Below are positions 1 to 12,744 of a DNA stretch of 64,000 bases, piece by piece (position 1 is the first letter of the stretch; each line of letters opens with the position of its first letter). Below the pieces are notes generated by a model. It did no database searches. It was not told the origin of the DNA and saw only the letters and a program-made list of their open reading frames with translations. The translations under genes and the position numbers were made by a program. The stretch comes from Lingula anatina (taxonomy: Eukaryota; Animalia; Brachiopoda), in NCBI GenBank assembly GCA_051362555.1, contig CM120643.1:3782001-3846000 (forward strand), in the 5' to 3' direction.

Positions 1-1864
1 AATGTGACCTTAAAATTGACCTTTGACCTACTTTTCACCATGAACTGAAGTTTGCAAATTTTGCTTCCCTTTTATCTCCAAAACTGGCAGAGATAGGTCC
101 ATAGTTACTATTGAAGTTGAATAGGAAGTCATATACTGGCAATCTAAATGTGACCTTGAAATTGACCTTTGACCTACTTTTCACCATGAACTGAACTTTG
201 CAAATTTTGCTTGACTTTTATCTCCAAAGTTACGCTGTATCAAGAAGTACATATTGGTGGTGAAAGCAAAATGTGCAGTACGGTAATGGATAATAAATTT
301 TGAACTCCAGAAAAATAAAACATTAGGCTTGGCAAAGCAGACAAGTTGTGGTCAAAAATGACATTATTTCATCAAATTTGAACATCTGGAACTTCGGAGC
401 ACCTCCCATTTCAAGAATTTTGACCAAAATGACCTTTTCTTTATTTTAATTAATTTCTTCTGTAGGAAATTTATGGCACATTATGGTAACTCCAAAATTA
501 TAACATTAAGTCCCTTATATTTCCAAAACTGGCAGAGATAGGTCCATAGTTGCTATTGAACATGAATAGGAAGTCATATACTGGCAATCTAAATGTGACC
601 TTGAAATTGACCTTTGACCTACTTTTCACCATGAACTGAACTTTGCAAATTTTGCTTCCCTTTTATCTCCAAAACTGGCAGAGATAGGTCCATAGTTACT
701 ATTGAAGTTGAATAGGAAGTCATATACTGGCAATCTTACTGTGACCTTGAAATTGACCTTTGACCTACTTTTCACCATGAACTGAACTTTGCAAATTTTG
801 GTTCCCTTTTATCTCCAAAGTTACGCTGTATCAAAAAGTACATATTGGTGGTGAAAGCAATATGTGCAGTACGGTAATGGATAATAAATTTTGAACTCCG
901 GAAAAATAAAACATAAGGCTTGGCAAAGCAGACAAGTTGTGGTCAAAAATGACATTATTTCATCAAATTTGAACATCTGGAACTTCGGAGCACCTCCCAT
1001 TTCAAGAATTTTGACCAAAATGACCTTTTCTTTATTTTAATTAATTTCTTCTGTAGGAAATTTATGGCACATTATGGTAACTCCAAAATTATAACATTTA
1101 GTCCCTTATTTCTCCAAAACTGGCAGAGATAGGTCCATAGTTACTATTGAAGTTAAATAGGAAGTCATATACTGGCAATCTTACTGTGACCTTGAAATTG
1201 ACCTTTGGCCTACTTTTCACCATGAACTGAACTTTGCAAATTTTGCTTCCCTTTTATCTCCAAAACTGGCAGAGATAGGTCCATAGTTACTATTGAAGTT
1301 GAATAGGAAGTCATATATTGGCAATCTCAATGTGACCTTGAAATTGACCTTTGACCTACTTTTCACCATGAACTGAACTTTGCAAATTTTGCTTCCCTTT
1401 TATCTCCAAAACTGGCAGAGATAGGTCCATAGTTTCTATTGAACTTGAATATGAAGTCATATACTGGCAATCTAAATGTGACCTTGAAATTGACCTTTGA
1501 CCTACTTTTCACCATGAACTGAACTTTGCAAATTTTGCTTCCCTTTTATCTCCAAAACTGGCAGAGATAGGTCCATAGTTACTATTGAAGTTGAATAGGA
1601 AGTCATATACTGGCAATTTACTGTGACCTTGAAATTGACTTTTGACCTACCTTACGATGAACTTAACTTTGATTGTACCATTTTTAGGCATATATATTTT
1701 TTGCATATTTTGAAAATTTTTGTTGATTGCATTTTTACAGCTTGTCAAGCAGAAGACTGGTGGCTGTGACCCTTATTTTGTGTATGTGGGGGTCTATACG
1801 AATGTGCTTGCTCCAGCTGGTGGTACAATATTCGGAGGCGGTATCGCCTCTCTGATCCTCTAGT
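1..1864 (+). mobile_element. Helentron/HINE-like non-autonomous element, 3' part, with 146-bp tandem repeats and a 591-bp higher-order unit
   Basis: The unit AATGTGACCTTGAAATTGACCTTTGACC recurs at 1 and 147 (146 bp apart). An interrupting block recurs at about 231 and 822 (591 bp apart). The element ends in a hairpin GAGGCG-gtat-CGCCTC (1835-1850) followed by CTAG-TT (1860-1865). Confidence 0.7.
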
Positions 1865-2486
1865 TATATACAGACACTCTGTCTGTCTATATTCTGATCA
1901 CTGTGTCTGTCCAGTGTCATTGCCATAGTCAGCACTTTGTGACACATCTGTTGTCTACATATAACTGATAAACTGTATTTTTGTTTTAAATTTCTCTAGA
2001 AAATCAGCATGCTTGGATTATTTTATGATATTGTTTTGTTATCTTTAGTAGTTTGGATATGATGCTACAGTATGTCCTGAGTATATCAAATTAAAGCAGC
2101 AATGTAGATGTGTATTTTTGTCTATGTTTCTGATTCTGATATTTATTTTAATTACTAAATATTGTCATTTTGCAAATTTATGAAATTATTATAAGTTCAT
2201 TTTTAAATGATTTGTCAAGTGCATGGCAGCAGTCAGAAGGTTCATTGGTCTGGTAGTTTGATGATGCCAAGATCCAATGATTCAAAAGGTTCAATAGTCA
2301 GAATGTTCATTGGTCTGATAGTTTGATAATGCAAATGTCCAGTTGTTCCGAAGGTTTGCTAGTCAGAAGGTTCACTTGCCTGAGATTTCATGGTTCAAAG
2401 GTTGTAAAGGTATATAGTATGAAAGGTATATAGTGTAACATAGCAATGATAGGATTTGTTAGAGGAAGAAAACATGAACTATTTAA

Positions 2487-2720
2487 AGTCATAATAACTC
2501 TTCATTTTGGCCAAAAATTGGATTTTCCTGGAGTAAACGGCAATTTTCCCGTACTTACCAATGGTCAGCGATCCCATTCCTGCATTCAAAGTTAGTCCAG
2601 GTTTTTTTTTCCTAAACGTTTGGTTTTTTGTTAAAATCTCTTAAGAGATTTTAACTGACAGAGCCCACTCTGACATTGCATAATCACGTGATATCGAGCG
2701 ATAGTTTCTGGTGACCTATT
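2487..2720 (-). mobile_element. Partial inverted copy of the TTAA-flanked MITE at 7774-8110
   Basis: TTAA at 2483-2486, then sequence that is the reverse complement of about 7950-8110. Confidence 0.65.
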
Positions 2721-2770
2721 TAAAACCGCAGGAAAAGCAGACAACAACAACACTACATAACAATAGTATA

Positions 2771-3056
2771 ACCCGCACGAAAACGCAGTAGATGCTCCAG
2801 CGCAGTAGACTACTGCAATCATACTGCAAATGTGCCTCAAATCTGCTTCGCATTGGGAGCTAATTAGCATATTTGAAACATGCTGCTATCATGCTGCTAA
2901 TCTACTGCATTAATGCTCCTCCTCTGTACAACCCTATATAATTTTTGAAGTAGAATTGCAGTAGGGTATACTGCATTTCTACTGCAAATATGCTCCACAC
3001 CACTACTGCGTTAATGCTTCTTTGCTACTTCGATACTACTGCATTTTCGTGCGGGT
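2771..3056. mobile_element. MITE with about 20-bp TIRs flanked by TA
   Basis: ta|ACCCGCACGAAAACGCAGTAG ... CTACTGCATTTTCGTGCGGGT|ta, with internal CTACTGCA sub-repeats. Confidence 0.65.
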
Positions 3057-3547
3057 TAAGTTTCATAAGATATATTCGTCTTATTGCTCAAAATGCATTT
3101 ATATCTACAATGTGTGATATTCTGGGCTTTTTGTTATCCAATGCACTGTACAAAGACTCGCAACTTACGTCTGCGTATTGCATCAGGTTTTTCGCGCCAG
3201 AAGTTATTTTGGTCTCGAATGAACGCGAGAAACCGCGTGACATCCCAACGTCATTGGCAACGGATGCCTTAACGACCGGGAAGAAGGGCATTGAAATCCA
3301 TATTGACAAGCACAGATTTAAGTTTTACTACAATAACGGCTGTTTTAGTGGTAAAATGCAATAGAATATATTTCCATGCGTTGTTTACAATGTATTTCTT
3401 GCAGAATTTTGAATCTCACAGGAAGAGTTAGTTTTGCTTTAACACAATTATAAATATCTACAGTTGTTTTTTATTCGGATTTCGTCTATTGTTGATGTCT
3501 GGCTGCATTGAAAATGAGCATGTTTAAATAAATTGTTAACTGCTAAT

Positions 3548-4450
3548 ATTATTATTATTATTATTATTATCATTATTATTATTTATGCCGGTTCAAGTAC
3601 ATTTTTTACAATGACTATGACCTAACAGTATACATTATATAACCATATAACTAAAATTACAATAATAAATTACAATATTGTTTTTATTAACTGCGATCAG
3701 ATTTTACAATTGCAGTATACACTCAGTGTCTTTGGTTGACTAGGTGGTGGTTGGTTGAGAATATTTTTTCTTTCTTTATTACACGTTGTGATATAGTGGG
3801 CCACATTCTTTATAACATCTAAATCGTTTGACTGCATTATACATTTGAACTGGCCCTCTGGGGTTTGTGTAGGATCTGGTTTTAGGATCTCCCTGTGTTT
3901 GGTGTGTAAGGGGCATTTTAAAAGAAAGTGTATTTTGTTTTCGACTTCATCTGAGCATAACTTGCAGATTCTTTCTTCAGGGGGTATTGGTTTTGGTTTT
4001 CGGTATCTGCCTCTTTGGATTTCTAAGTCGTGTGCCCCTGTTCTAAATTTTGCCAAATTTTGCATTTCATGTTTTGGTATAGGTGCTGTTGTGTACACTT
4101 CCCTTTCATAATTTGTTTTAAATAATCGATATGTACGTAGTATGCTGTTTTCTCGCTCTATTTCTTTGAGAAACAAAAAGGAATAGTGACTTTCCAGTGC
4201 ATTTTTTTACTTCTGCTTTCGAGGGGGTATTAGTCAGTGTTTTGATTAGGTTTTGAGTAATGTATTTAATTTCGCTTGACCAATTTTTTACCTGTGTGTC
4301 ATGTTTTGTTTCATATTCATACATTGTTTTTGCCATGCGCTGCTTTGGCATTTCAGAAAATCTTTGCCAATAGGATGTAGCATGACCAATTATGTCATGT
4401 GTAATTGGGAATATGCCTAGTTCTGCCTTAGCTGCTATATTTGATACAAC
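3548..4450 (-). mobile_element. 5'-truncated LINE: ORF2 C-terminus with zinc-ribbon motif and (TAA)n tail
   Basis: ORF 3697-4176 reads LRTYRLFK...LAKFRTGAHDLEIQRGRY...ERICKLC...HFLLKC. A (TAA)n microsatellite lies at 3548-3581 on the element strand. Confidence 0.85.
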
Positions 4451-4859
4451 AAAATTTTAGACCTCTTACCTGTCAAAATTCACATATTAAGGAAATTGGA
4501 TTGCTATTCGGGTAAAGTGTACAAAATATAAGATATCAATATAGTAGCTAAAATATAGTTGCTACAAATTCCATTTTTTATGTTGTGAAAAAGAGAGACA
4601 GCAGATGGGTAAAAACTCTTTAAAAACCTTTTGAATCCTTTAAAACATGAAAGTCTACAGTAGCTTTATTAAGAAATTAAAAAGACCGTGTGCAGGATGG
4701 GTGTAGTCAGACATAATTGTTCATGTTTTTGCTGCTTATCTTTCTGGATAAATGGCACTTATAGAGGGGAGATCGAAACCAATGATTTTGCTACATGTAC
4801 ATGTCACTTTCTATTGGACTATAAATTTAAACTGAATGCACTGCTCTATACACATCAAG

Positions 4860-5300
4860 GGAGTGTCATGGCGTACATTGTACCCATTCTTTTGATGGAC
4901 CTGTGCTCTGGAAATGTTCTCTTGGGCTTCAATCAACTTGGAAAACATATCTGATGGCTTTCAAGGGCTTCTTGCTCTGTTACCTCTGAGGTGGGGTTTC
5001 CAATTGGAAATTTGTCTTCATTTAGAAGAGATGCCTCTTTGCCAAATGCCAAAATGAAAGGCGTCTGTAGTTCTGTATGCAAGGAGACATGGGTCAATGA
5101 ACTCATCCCAGTTGTCTTGATGGGCATTTGCATACTTTGTGAGATAGTTGCAGACAGTCCTGTTGTAGCGTTCACATTGTCCATTCGCCTGAGGGTGGCA
5201 GGCTGTTCTACCATGATAATTGATGCCAAGTTGCTGATATAATCTCTCATTTACTTGGTTACGGAATTTGAGTCCTTGGCCAGGAATTAGCACCTTGACA
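4860..5300 (-). mobile_element. Gypsy/Ginger-type DDE integrase fragment (frameshifted)
   Basis: QG..F.NQV...HPQANGQCERYNRT...NWDEFIDPCLLAYRT, then TPF.L.FG and AQENISRAQVHQKNGYNVRH. Confidence 0.85.
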
Positions 5301-5514
5301 CTAGCACCTTTATCAAATTAGTTGTGGACCCTGAGGTACATCGGTCGCTACATGTTCTCATATTCAATTTTTTAAAAATACTTTTTGTTTGAAGAGACAA
5401 CCATTAATATTTGTTTGAGGAGACATACTCAATCACCTTTTCAACTTCTGTTTTGTTGTATTTTTAGTCAGTGACTAAAGGTCATTGTAAGGCATATTAT
5501 CATATACAACAATA

Positions 5515-5720
5515 TTAACAGATTGCAACTGGGGGTCTCTGCCAGCAAACCCTTTCTGCTGCAGTTGGCACAGGCCTGCAATTGGTACAGATACACCAGT
5601 CTGGTGTAACATCTGGCCTAGGTACAGGGAATGGCTGTCTGTTATGTATGTTGTCTGTGGTTCTGGACTGACGCTTCTCAAAATAACACGTGTACACCAT
5701 TCGATGCATTTGATGGAACT
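5515..5720 (-). mobile_element. P2X7-C-terminal-like (KolX-type) Cys-rich fragment
   Basis: PDWCICTNCRPVPTAAERVC matches the WCxCxxCxxMPTxxExxCC signature. Confidence 0.6.
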
Positions 5721-5971
5721 GACTTTATTGGTTTTATCACAAGTACATATCAATGTGCAGGGGCGCAGTGTTACGCGCCACACAATCTAGTCCCTAAGAT
5801 ACATAATACTGTCCACAGTGCCCAGGGATATTGTTGTTTAGAATTTTCTTTATGTCCAATGCCAAAGATGGGTTTCTGTTGGCATTTTAACAACAGTGTC
5901 AGTTAGGACATCTTTTTCAACATTTATATCACACTTGGCTTAAAATAAATGCCAAAATATTAGATAAGGTC

Positions 5972-6455
5972 CTAAGATAAGTTGTTTAGAGGTCTACCTG
6001 TATTTTTAATTAACCCTGTAATGATTGTAAAACTACAATTGTCTAGTGATGTAGTTATATATGTCACCTTTACTGATTGGGTCTTAACCTCACATGGAAA
6101 CATTACCAGTTTCCCCCTACAAAAACTCTCATACAAGTGTCTTCTCATCTGCTCTTGACTGGAAACAATGTCATACAGGTCAACCTTGTTCTCTAAACAC
6201 ACAGCTGTTGCAATGGCAAATAGGTCACAATCCTGACCACCAGCTTGTCTCTGTGGAGAATGCATTTCAAGACTCATTTAACATGACCTTGTTACAAAAA
6301 TTAGAATACAAACTCAACAATTGAGCCCTTAAATTAGGTGTCAGTCTTGGTGTTCATCTTTTTATTGACACATGCGGATACTACCCAATGTAAACCAACG
6401 TGATGAATTTGAATTCCATCTGTAACCATAGGTTGTATCCCCAAACCAGAGGCCA
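5972..6455 (-). mobile_element. Ulp1/SENP-like cysteine protease fragment (TE-associated), decayed
   Basis: GIQIHHVGLHWVVSA (catalytic His region) and QRQAGGQDCDLFAIATAVCL (catalytic Cys region). Confidence 0.7.
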
Positions 6456-6467
6456 AGAGGAGAGAAG

Positions 6468-6700
6468 CTAAAAGTCCCTGAAGGGATCATCATCTTCAAT
6501 ATTTTTGGAATGAAAACCAAGGAATTCCTCCTCATCCCTGTCACTGAATAACAGAGCATTAGCATTGGGTTTCTCTGCATTGAGTGAATCCAAGATCCCA
6601 GTTATCTCAAAGGATTTCTTCACCATCTCGCCAGAAATGCAGGCCCACTCACTTGAAACCCATTCCATGATTTCTTTTTTAGTTGCTGTCTTGACTTGGT
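6468..6700 (-). mobile_element. pogo/Tigger-type transposase C-terminal fragment
   Basis: IMEWVSSEWACISGEMVKKSFEITGI followed by an acidic tail with EEFLGF. Confidence 0.75.
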
Positions 6701-7773
6701 CTATATTTTCCTCACAACTGCATTCACCGCACTGTGCGTGCAATTTTTTGGGGCCAAGCATTAAATTTTTATCTGTAAGTTTAGTGCATTTTGTATTATA
6801 ATCGAAAATCCCCTACGATGTAAGTTTATGTCACCTGTATGTACAAATCCTCTGTAAAAATTGTTATGCATCATTGTTCTGACACCCTTGCGCAAGACAG
6901 CGGTCTAGCGTAGGAGCATGCGATGGCGCATATAGATCATTGATGTAGCTGTCGGCGATAAAGTTGAATATAGTGCTCAGCAAGTTACAAAAATATAATA
7001 AACAGTAAGTAATTTATGTGTAATGGTGCTTTCATAATTTCTAAATAAAAATGGTGGTTTTAAAAGTGGCCTGCAGCTGCCGGTGGGCAGGTTGAGTCCT
7101 TCAGTTGTCCCATTCAAAAACAGCACAAATAAGTGATAACAAACTCTCCTGTCAAGTGGCAGTTCCTTTGTTCGGAACGGTGGTCTGAAAACTCTGAAAA
7201 ACTTTGATGAATCATGGGGCAAGTTTCAATTGGGCACACTTCCTTGCATTCAGAAAATTTGAATTGTGCCCAAGGTGAGTCCAGCAATCGTTCATACAGA
7301 AAAAGAAAATTTGGATTCAGAGATAAAACGTTTTGTTCATAATTATTACAGCATTCGTATAGATCGGAGAATTACCGTAATTGAGCTAATTTTGTTTATT
7401 ACAGTTTTATCTTTTGATTTTTTAGCCACCCTTAGCAAAATTTAAGGCTTCTTGCAAACAGTTGCTGCAAATTTGCCGCAAACTCCCCACAAACTTAATT
7501 TTATTTTAGAAACTTGCACATTTAAATCAAATCAAATCAACATTTGGTAAAGGTTGTTCAGATATGTCTCCGATATAATGATATGAAGTGGATCTGCTAA
7601 TGCATTTTATTCATTGGAAAGAACAGTTACCAAGCTGTCAAGGATGCTTTAATTTTTAAAAGGATTCAACAACTTTATTTACATCTCCAAGTTTAAGTTT
7701 AAAGCAGTCTGAGTTTAATCATCGGGTCTCTAACAATATGAATTAATTCTGTTAATTGGCTTCAATATCTTAA

Positions 7774-8110
7774 AGGGATAATAACTCTTCGTATGAGGTC
7801 TATATATCACAATAAAAACATTGTGAATAACTCATAGAAATATTATGTATTCTGTTTTACAACAAAAACAGCAGTTATAGCTATTATTCTGATATCTAAG
7901 CTTGTCTTCAGACCACGTGACCTCCATTGATGGCTATGCTCTGTTATAATCTCTTAAGAGATTTTAACGAAAAACCAAACTTTTTAGAAAAAATACAGGG
8001 ACTTACTTTGAATGTAAAAATGGATTCATTAACCATTGGTAAGTATGGGAAAATTGTTGTTTACTCCAGGAAAATTCATTTTTTGGCCAAAACGAAGAGT
8101 TATTATCCCT
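7774..8110. mobile_element. Non-autonomous DNA transposon with TTAA TSD and AG..CT termini (Kolobok-like MITE)
   Basis: TTAA|AGGGATAATAACTCTTCGT ... ACGAAGAGTTATTATCCCT|TTAA: perfect 19-bp TIRs. Three further copies occur in the window. Confidence 0.85.
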
Positions 8111-9436
8111 TTAAACTTGTTCATTATTCACTGTAATGTATTTTGGGTGTATGAATATATAAGGAGTAGAACTTAGTATAAGAGATCAGAGCTCAGAGTG
8201 AGTTTGGTCAGTTGAATCCGAAAGCTGGTTTGTCCCCGCTGTCCTAGGAGACTCCAAATCTGTCAGCCAGAGAAATAAACATAGAGATCAGGCAGGTTGA
8301 AGTTGATCTCTGGAAAACAAATCACCACTGTTGTGTCACCTGCTAGAGAAGTCAGACTAAATGTCCACTGTGATACAAGCACCACATCTCATCTGAAAGA
8401 GAAGAAAAATAAAACAACACGTTTCTTGTAAAATCTGTTGTGTTCACAGGTAGTTTGTCAAGTAAGCTTCTAGTAGATTTCCTTAATCCTTAATAAGTAC
8501 ACACACACATATAAACTCTGAAAATTCTGTTAGAGTTTCTTAAATATCATCAAAAAAGTTACAGGTAAAATCATTCTTCTCACCATTCCTTTCTCACAGT
8601 ACCAGTCAAAGTTACTGTGATTTTCTTCTTTAACTCCTAAAATTCATTATAAGTAAAACATAGAAAACTAATTACATTATAGGCAAAAGGGTCTGTAAAC
8701 TCAAAATTGAATTTGACAGGCTCAAAAGATGCTATATTGAGAACAGATTTTTTTTTTTTCAAATTCCTTTGCCATTGATAATAATCTGGTTTGGACTTCA
8801 AGTAAAACAGTAAGCAAAGTATTATTTTGTCAATTTTGTCATTACTCCCAGAATAACCATTTTTTCCCCATTTGCAGGTTGTTTTTCTTTACTTAAAATC
8901 TTGTTGACATTTGAAAGCTGCTGAATCCTTTTCATTGTTCTTTTGGAATGTTTTCTTGTGGTTCATCATTTTAACAAAATTTTAGATGGATCACAGTTGG
9001 AGTTTATTATCAAAGTGCCCAAATATGCAAGTGCAACACAAAGTTTTGTTTCAGTACCTTCTTCCAATTAAGCCAAATAACATAGCTCATGCTGAGTAAC
9101 ATAAGTCCCAAAAAAGCACAGATGAATGCAAATGCAAGTTTGTGGTACAGCACGAACTTTGGTGGAGGCATTTTCAAGGCAAAAGCTAACAAAGAAAAGA
9201 AAGGATAGAGCTTAAAAAATGGAAAGCAAGGAAGCAACCAACATGCAATATGTAAAATTGTCAGCATCAGTTCTTGACCTTTTCTTTTTCAGTCTTGCAA
9301 GGTGTTCCGTGTTGGTGTAATCTTGGTAACAAGCTCTGTGATATGCTTCAACTGGCCCATCTTGCCAGTGACTCTTGATTGCATTGTAGCATGCATCTTT
9401 GCAAACATCAGCTGCTTTTTTAAATGTATCCCAGCT

Positions 9437-9710
9437 TCATAATATAAAGTTTTGATACACAGTTGCAGGCACAATTTCAAACTGATATGGACCTGTGTAC
9501 AGAAGGAACTGCCAAAACTCAGTTGCTTTCCAGTATGCAATTTCAAAGAGTGATCTAGGTTTTCTTGCAAACTCTGATGGTATACTGTCTTTTAAGGCCA
9601 CTAAACGTCTTGATATTTCCTGCAATACCCTACTACCAAGTCTACAAGATAACAGACCCTTCATCCACAGATTTAACAGCCTTTTCACTACCCCTTTTCT
9701 CCACCACATT
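9437..9710 (-). mobile_element. CACTA/EnSpm-like (animal) transposase fragment
   Basis: IPSEFARKPRSLFEIAYWKATEFWQFLLYTGP...VYQNF motif. Confidence 0.8.
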
Positions 9711-10089
9711 TACTTATAATGTCATATTGGGTAGTTGTTTTCTTTAATATACGTGGGACCTTAGGCAAATGAAGATGGTAAAAATCTGTTAAATGACCCA
9801 TGCTTATTTATGAAATTCAGTGGTGTATATGATAACTTACATGTAGATTCAACAGTGGCCATGCAGGTATTTGTGGGAGGTAGAGGAAATGAAGACTTGT
9901 AGTCTTTTCTTGATTTAAAAAAATTATCCCATCATCTAAAAATCTGTGTGTTATTCTGGGTCAGTTCCATTTTACACTTTTCTAGGTCCTTCTTAAATTT
10001 TTTTGTGTCCATGAGGGTTCCATCTGGTTCAAAGACCTGTAATTGTGGTATTTCTTTATGTTCATATCCCTGTGTCATTCTTGGAGTTA

Positions 10090-10240
10090 GAGAGCCATTC
10101 ACAAGTTCTTTGTTGCTAAAACTTGCAGACACAACCCAGCGTGATCCAGCATGATGAATGTGAATTCCAGCTGTAACTAAAGGTTGCAGGCCTATCCAGA
10201 TAAAGCATACGGCTTGGTGAGGTGCAGTTACAACATTCAA
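10090..10240 (-). mobile_element. Second Ulp1-like protease fragment
   Basis: GLQPLVTAGIHIHHAGSRWVVSAS aligns with GIQPMVTDGIQIHHVGLHWVVSAC at about 6370-6450. Confidence 0.55.
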
Positions 10241-10410
10241 AACGTTTTCAATAAAATGAATTTTTGTGCAACAAGACGTAGAAGATGAGGTTCATATACA
10301 CACGACAGATATGAGTGCAATCTGATGAACTCCACAGTTTAGAGATATTACTGTAAGTATTGTAGCAATGTCCAGCACAAGGCCAAAATAATAGTTCAAG
10401 TTCCTAATTG

Positions 10411-11308
10411 TTACTTTCTTCCACCTCCATCTTTTCTTTCTGGTGCCCATTTTAGATAGTTAACGATGCTGTCGGTGACTTCCTTCTCTGTAGAGCTATA
10501 TCTTGACATCATGACATCTGGGAAAAAAAGTGAAGTAGAAATGTAAGCATATATGTATCGAACGTACGCTGGCAGGTGTGCCTATCATAGCTCATTGAGG
10601 GATTCTAAGAATGAGGTTAAGATTGGGTGTTAAATTCCAGCTAGGGTGCAAAATGTAAGAACTATTTTTTTAGGCTTAGCTGCCCAAACTGGAGCTGATA
10701 GATAGCTGATAATTTTATTACAAAAATCAAATCAGGCACAAATTACAGCAGTAAATGTAAAATACAATGCAACATTAATTTAATTACCTTTGATCACCTT
10801 AAAGAAGTTGCTGTGCCCAAACGGAAATTTATTTTTCTTCCCTGAAAAATTCATCCCAGCCATAACTCTGTTGGTCATACACCTACAAATAATATTTATA
10901 AAATAAAGGATATATTGAATAAAATCAGAAATGTCTTGGTTTGATCAAGAAAAGTCCAAAAAATTGGAATAATAACCTGCACTTATTTTTAAAATTCTGA
11001 TAAAAAGGTTTATACTGCCAAACAAACCAGTATAATGTAGCTATACACATGTGTAGGTTCGACTTTGTAATGTAATTAATTTACTAACATGGACAGAAAT
11101 GTGTCAAGTGTAAAAGTATTAGTTATCATTCCATAAAGGTTTGATCATAACTTATACCTGAGTTCTAGGTTTCAGATATGTATTTTACACATTAAACACA
11201 GGAAAAAATTAAGTAAATGCATATATATTAGTATTTGTCCTACCTTTGCATGGCCTTTTTAGTGTGATCACACATGTTGATACCTCCTATCTCAGCAACT
11301 GTGGCTTT
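10411..11308 (-). CDS. Three spliced 3' exons of a DUF4806-like TE accessory gene (11308-11244, 10882-10788, 10517-10411)
   Basis: Canonical AG/GT sites with matching phases. The joined reading is KATVAEIGGINMCDHTKKAMQRCMTNRVMAGMNFSGKKNKFPFGHSNFFKVIKDVMMSRYSSTEKEVTDSIVNYLKWAPERKDGGGRK*. Confidence 0.65.
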
Positions 11309-11717
11309 CTATCAAATGGAAAAAATAAATGTCATTATTATAAAAATAATAACTAGTTTTTGTAATTATATTATTGAAACTGTGTGGCAAAACTTGCAAA
11401 TATACAGGCATCAAACAGCAAAACATGCTTTCTTTTTGGTAATTTTAGGTACTGATGTTATATATGAAATGCCCACAGTCACAAGATGGACAGAGACATA
11501 CATATGTCACGCTGATCCATATTGCATGAACTAATAAAAAGGGAAAAAATCTTCATATTTGAGTGTTGAAAGTGTAACTGTAACTGTAAGGAACTGGAAA
11601 AAATGAAAAATATCTATTCTTACCAAGAGACTAGACTGTTCTTGTACCTGTTCTTGTACATGAGACATTTCACATGTTTCTTTTGGCTTTCCCACATTTC
11701 CGTAATTTTTTCTGTGT

Positions 11718-12720
11718 TTAACCAAGTGTGTCCCGTCCTGCAGGATCACTGAAGGCTGCCAGCAGCTGGTTAATTAGATTTAATGTTTCTTTCTCACCCC
11801 TGGTGGTACGTCTGCAATGCAAAGCAAGCTCTTTCCAAGTCAGTCGTTTCATATTTTCATCTCTGTCAGTCGATGGGTGCAGTTCATTTGCCTTGGCATC
11901 AAGTAAGAGCTGGAGGTTGTCTCTGTCCCAAGTGAAGATGTACTTGCTGAGGGTGGACGTGAAGACACTGTATAGGGGGTGGGAATCAGTGGTGCAGCCA
12001 GTAGACAGGCGCCTCATAAAATGCCAATGTCCAGCCTGATGACTGTATCTTCCCAACTGTAAAAAATCTTCTTCAAGTTTGTTTTACTAAAACAGTCCCT
12101 ATCCACATATACCAAAGTTGGAGGGGGTTCTGCTGCATCCCTTCACCTAATAACCAGCCCCTGTGCCATTTTGGTCAAGCCATGGCCCTCACCTGCAGTC
12201 ATTACAGAGTTCAGGACTTGACCGTGCTCATTTCCAACATTCGTGCACCAAATAGCGGTCTTGGTTGCCAGGTTGCCATACCAGCTAATTTCTTGACGAC
12301 CTTTTTAGTTTAATCAAGCTTTAATATATTTCCAAACTGACTTGTCAGCACTGCTTTCAGTTGGGGAAGCCTGTCCATGACATAATGGCATATGCATGCA
12401 TCAGCCATCTTGGTTGGGGAACATGCTCTCTGGGCGGAGGCTGAACAAACACTGGAGGGGCAATGAGACCTGTCTGGGAAGCTTTGTGGAAGGGATCGCA
12501 GTCTGACCCATACTGAACAACCTTCCTGAGCCAGGGGTCTGTGTGTTGTACACGAAACTTCTTTTGTATTTGTAAGCTTCTGATTCTTAGGCCCCTCTCT
12601 TGTAAAAGACTGATCACTTTAACATTGCAGGCCAACTTTGCTGTTAGAACAGCTGGGAAGTAAAGTCCGTGGCCAACATCCAGCTGTTGGATTATGTCCA
12701 TACTCCAACTCACCAGTTTC
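11718..12720 (-). mobile_element. DUF6729-like DDE transposase fragment (possibly Dada-related), decayed
   Basis: FPAVLTAKLAC..V..LL; ILKLD*TKK; WCTNVGNEHGQVLNSV; YVDRDC; WHFMRRLSTGCTTDSHPLY...IFTWD, spread across frameshifts. Confidence 0.6.
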
Positions 12721-12744
12721 CAAACCAATCTAAAAGCCCCCCCC

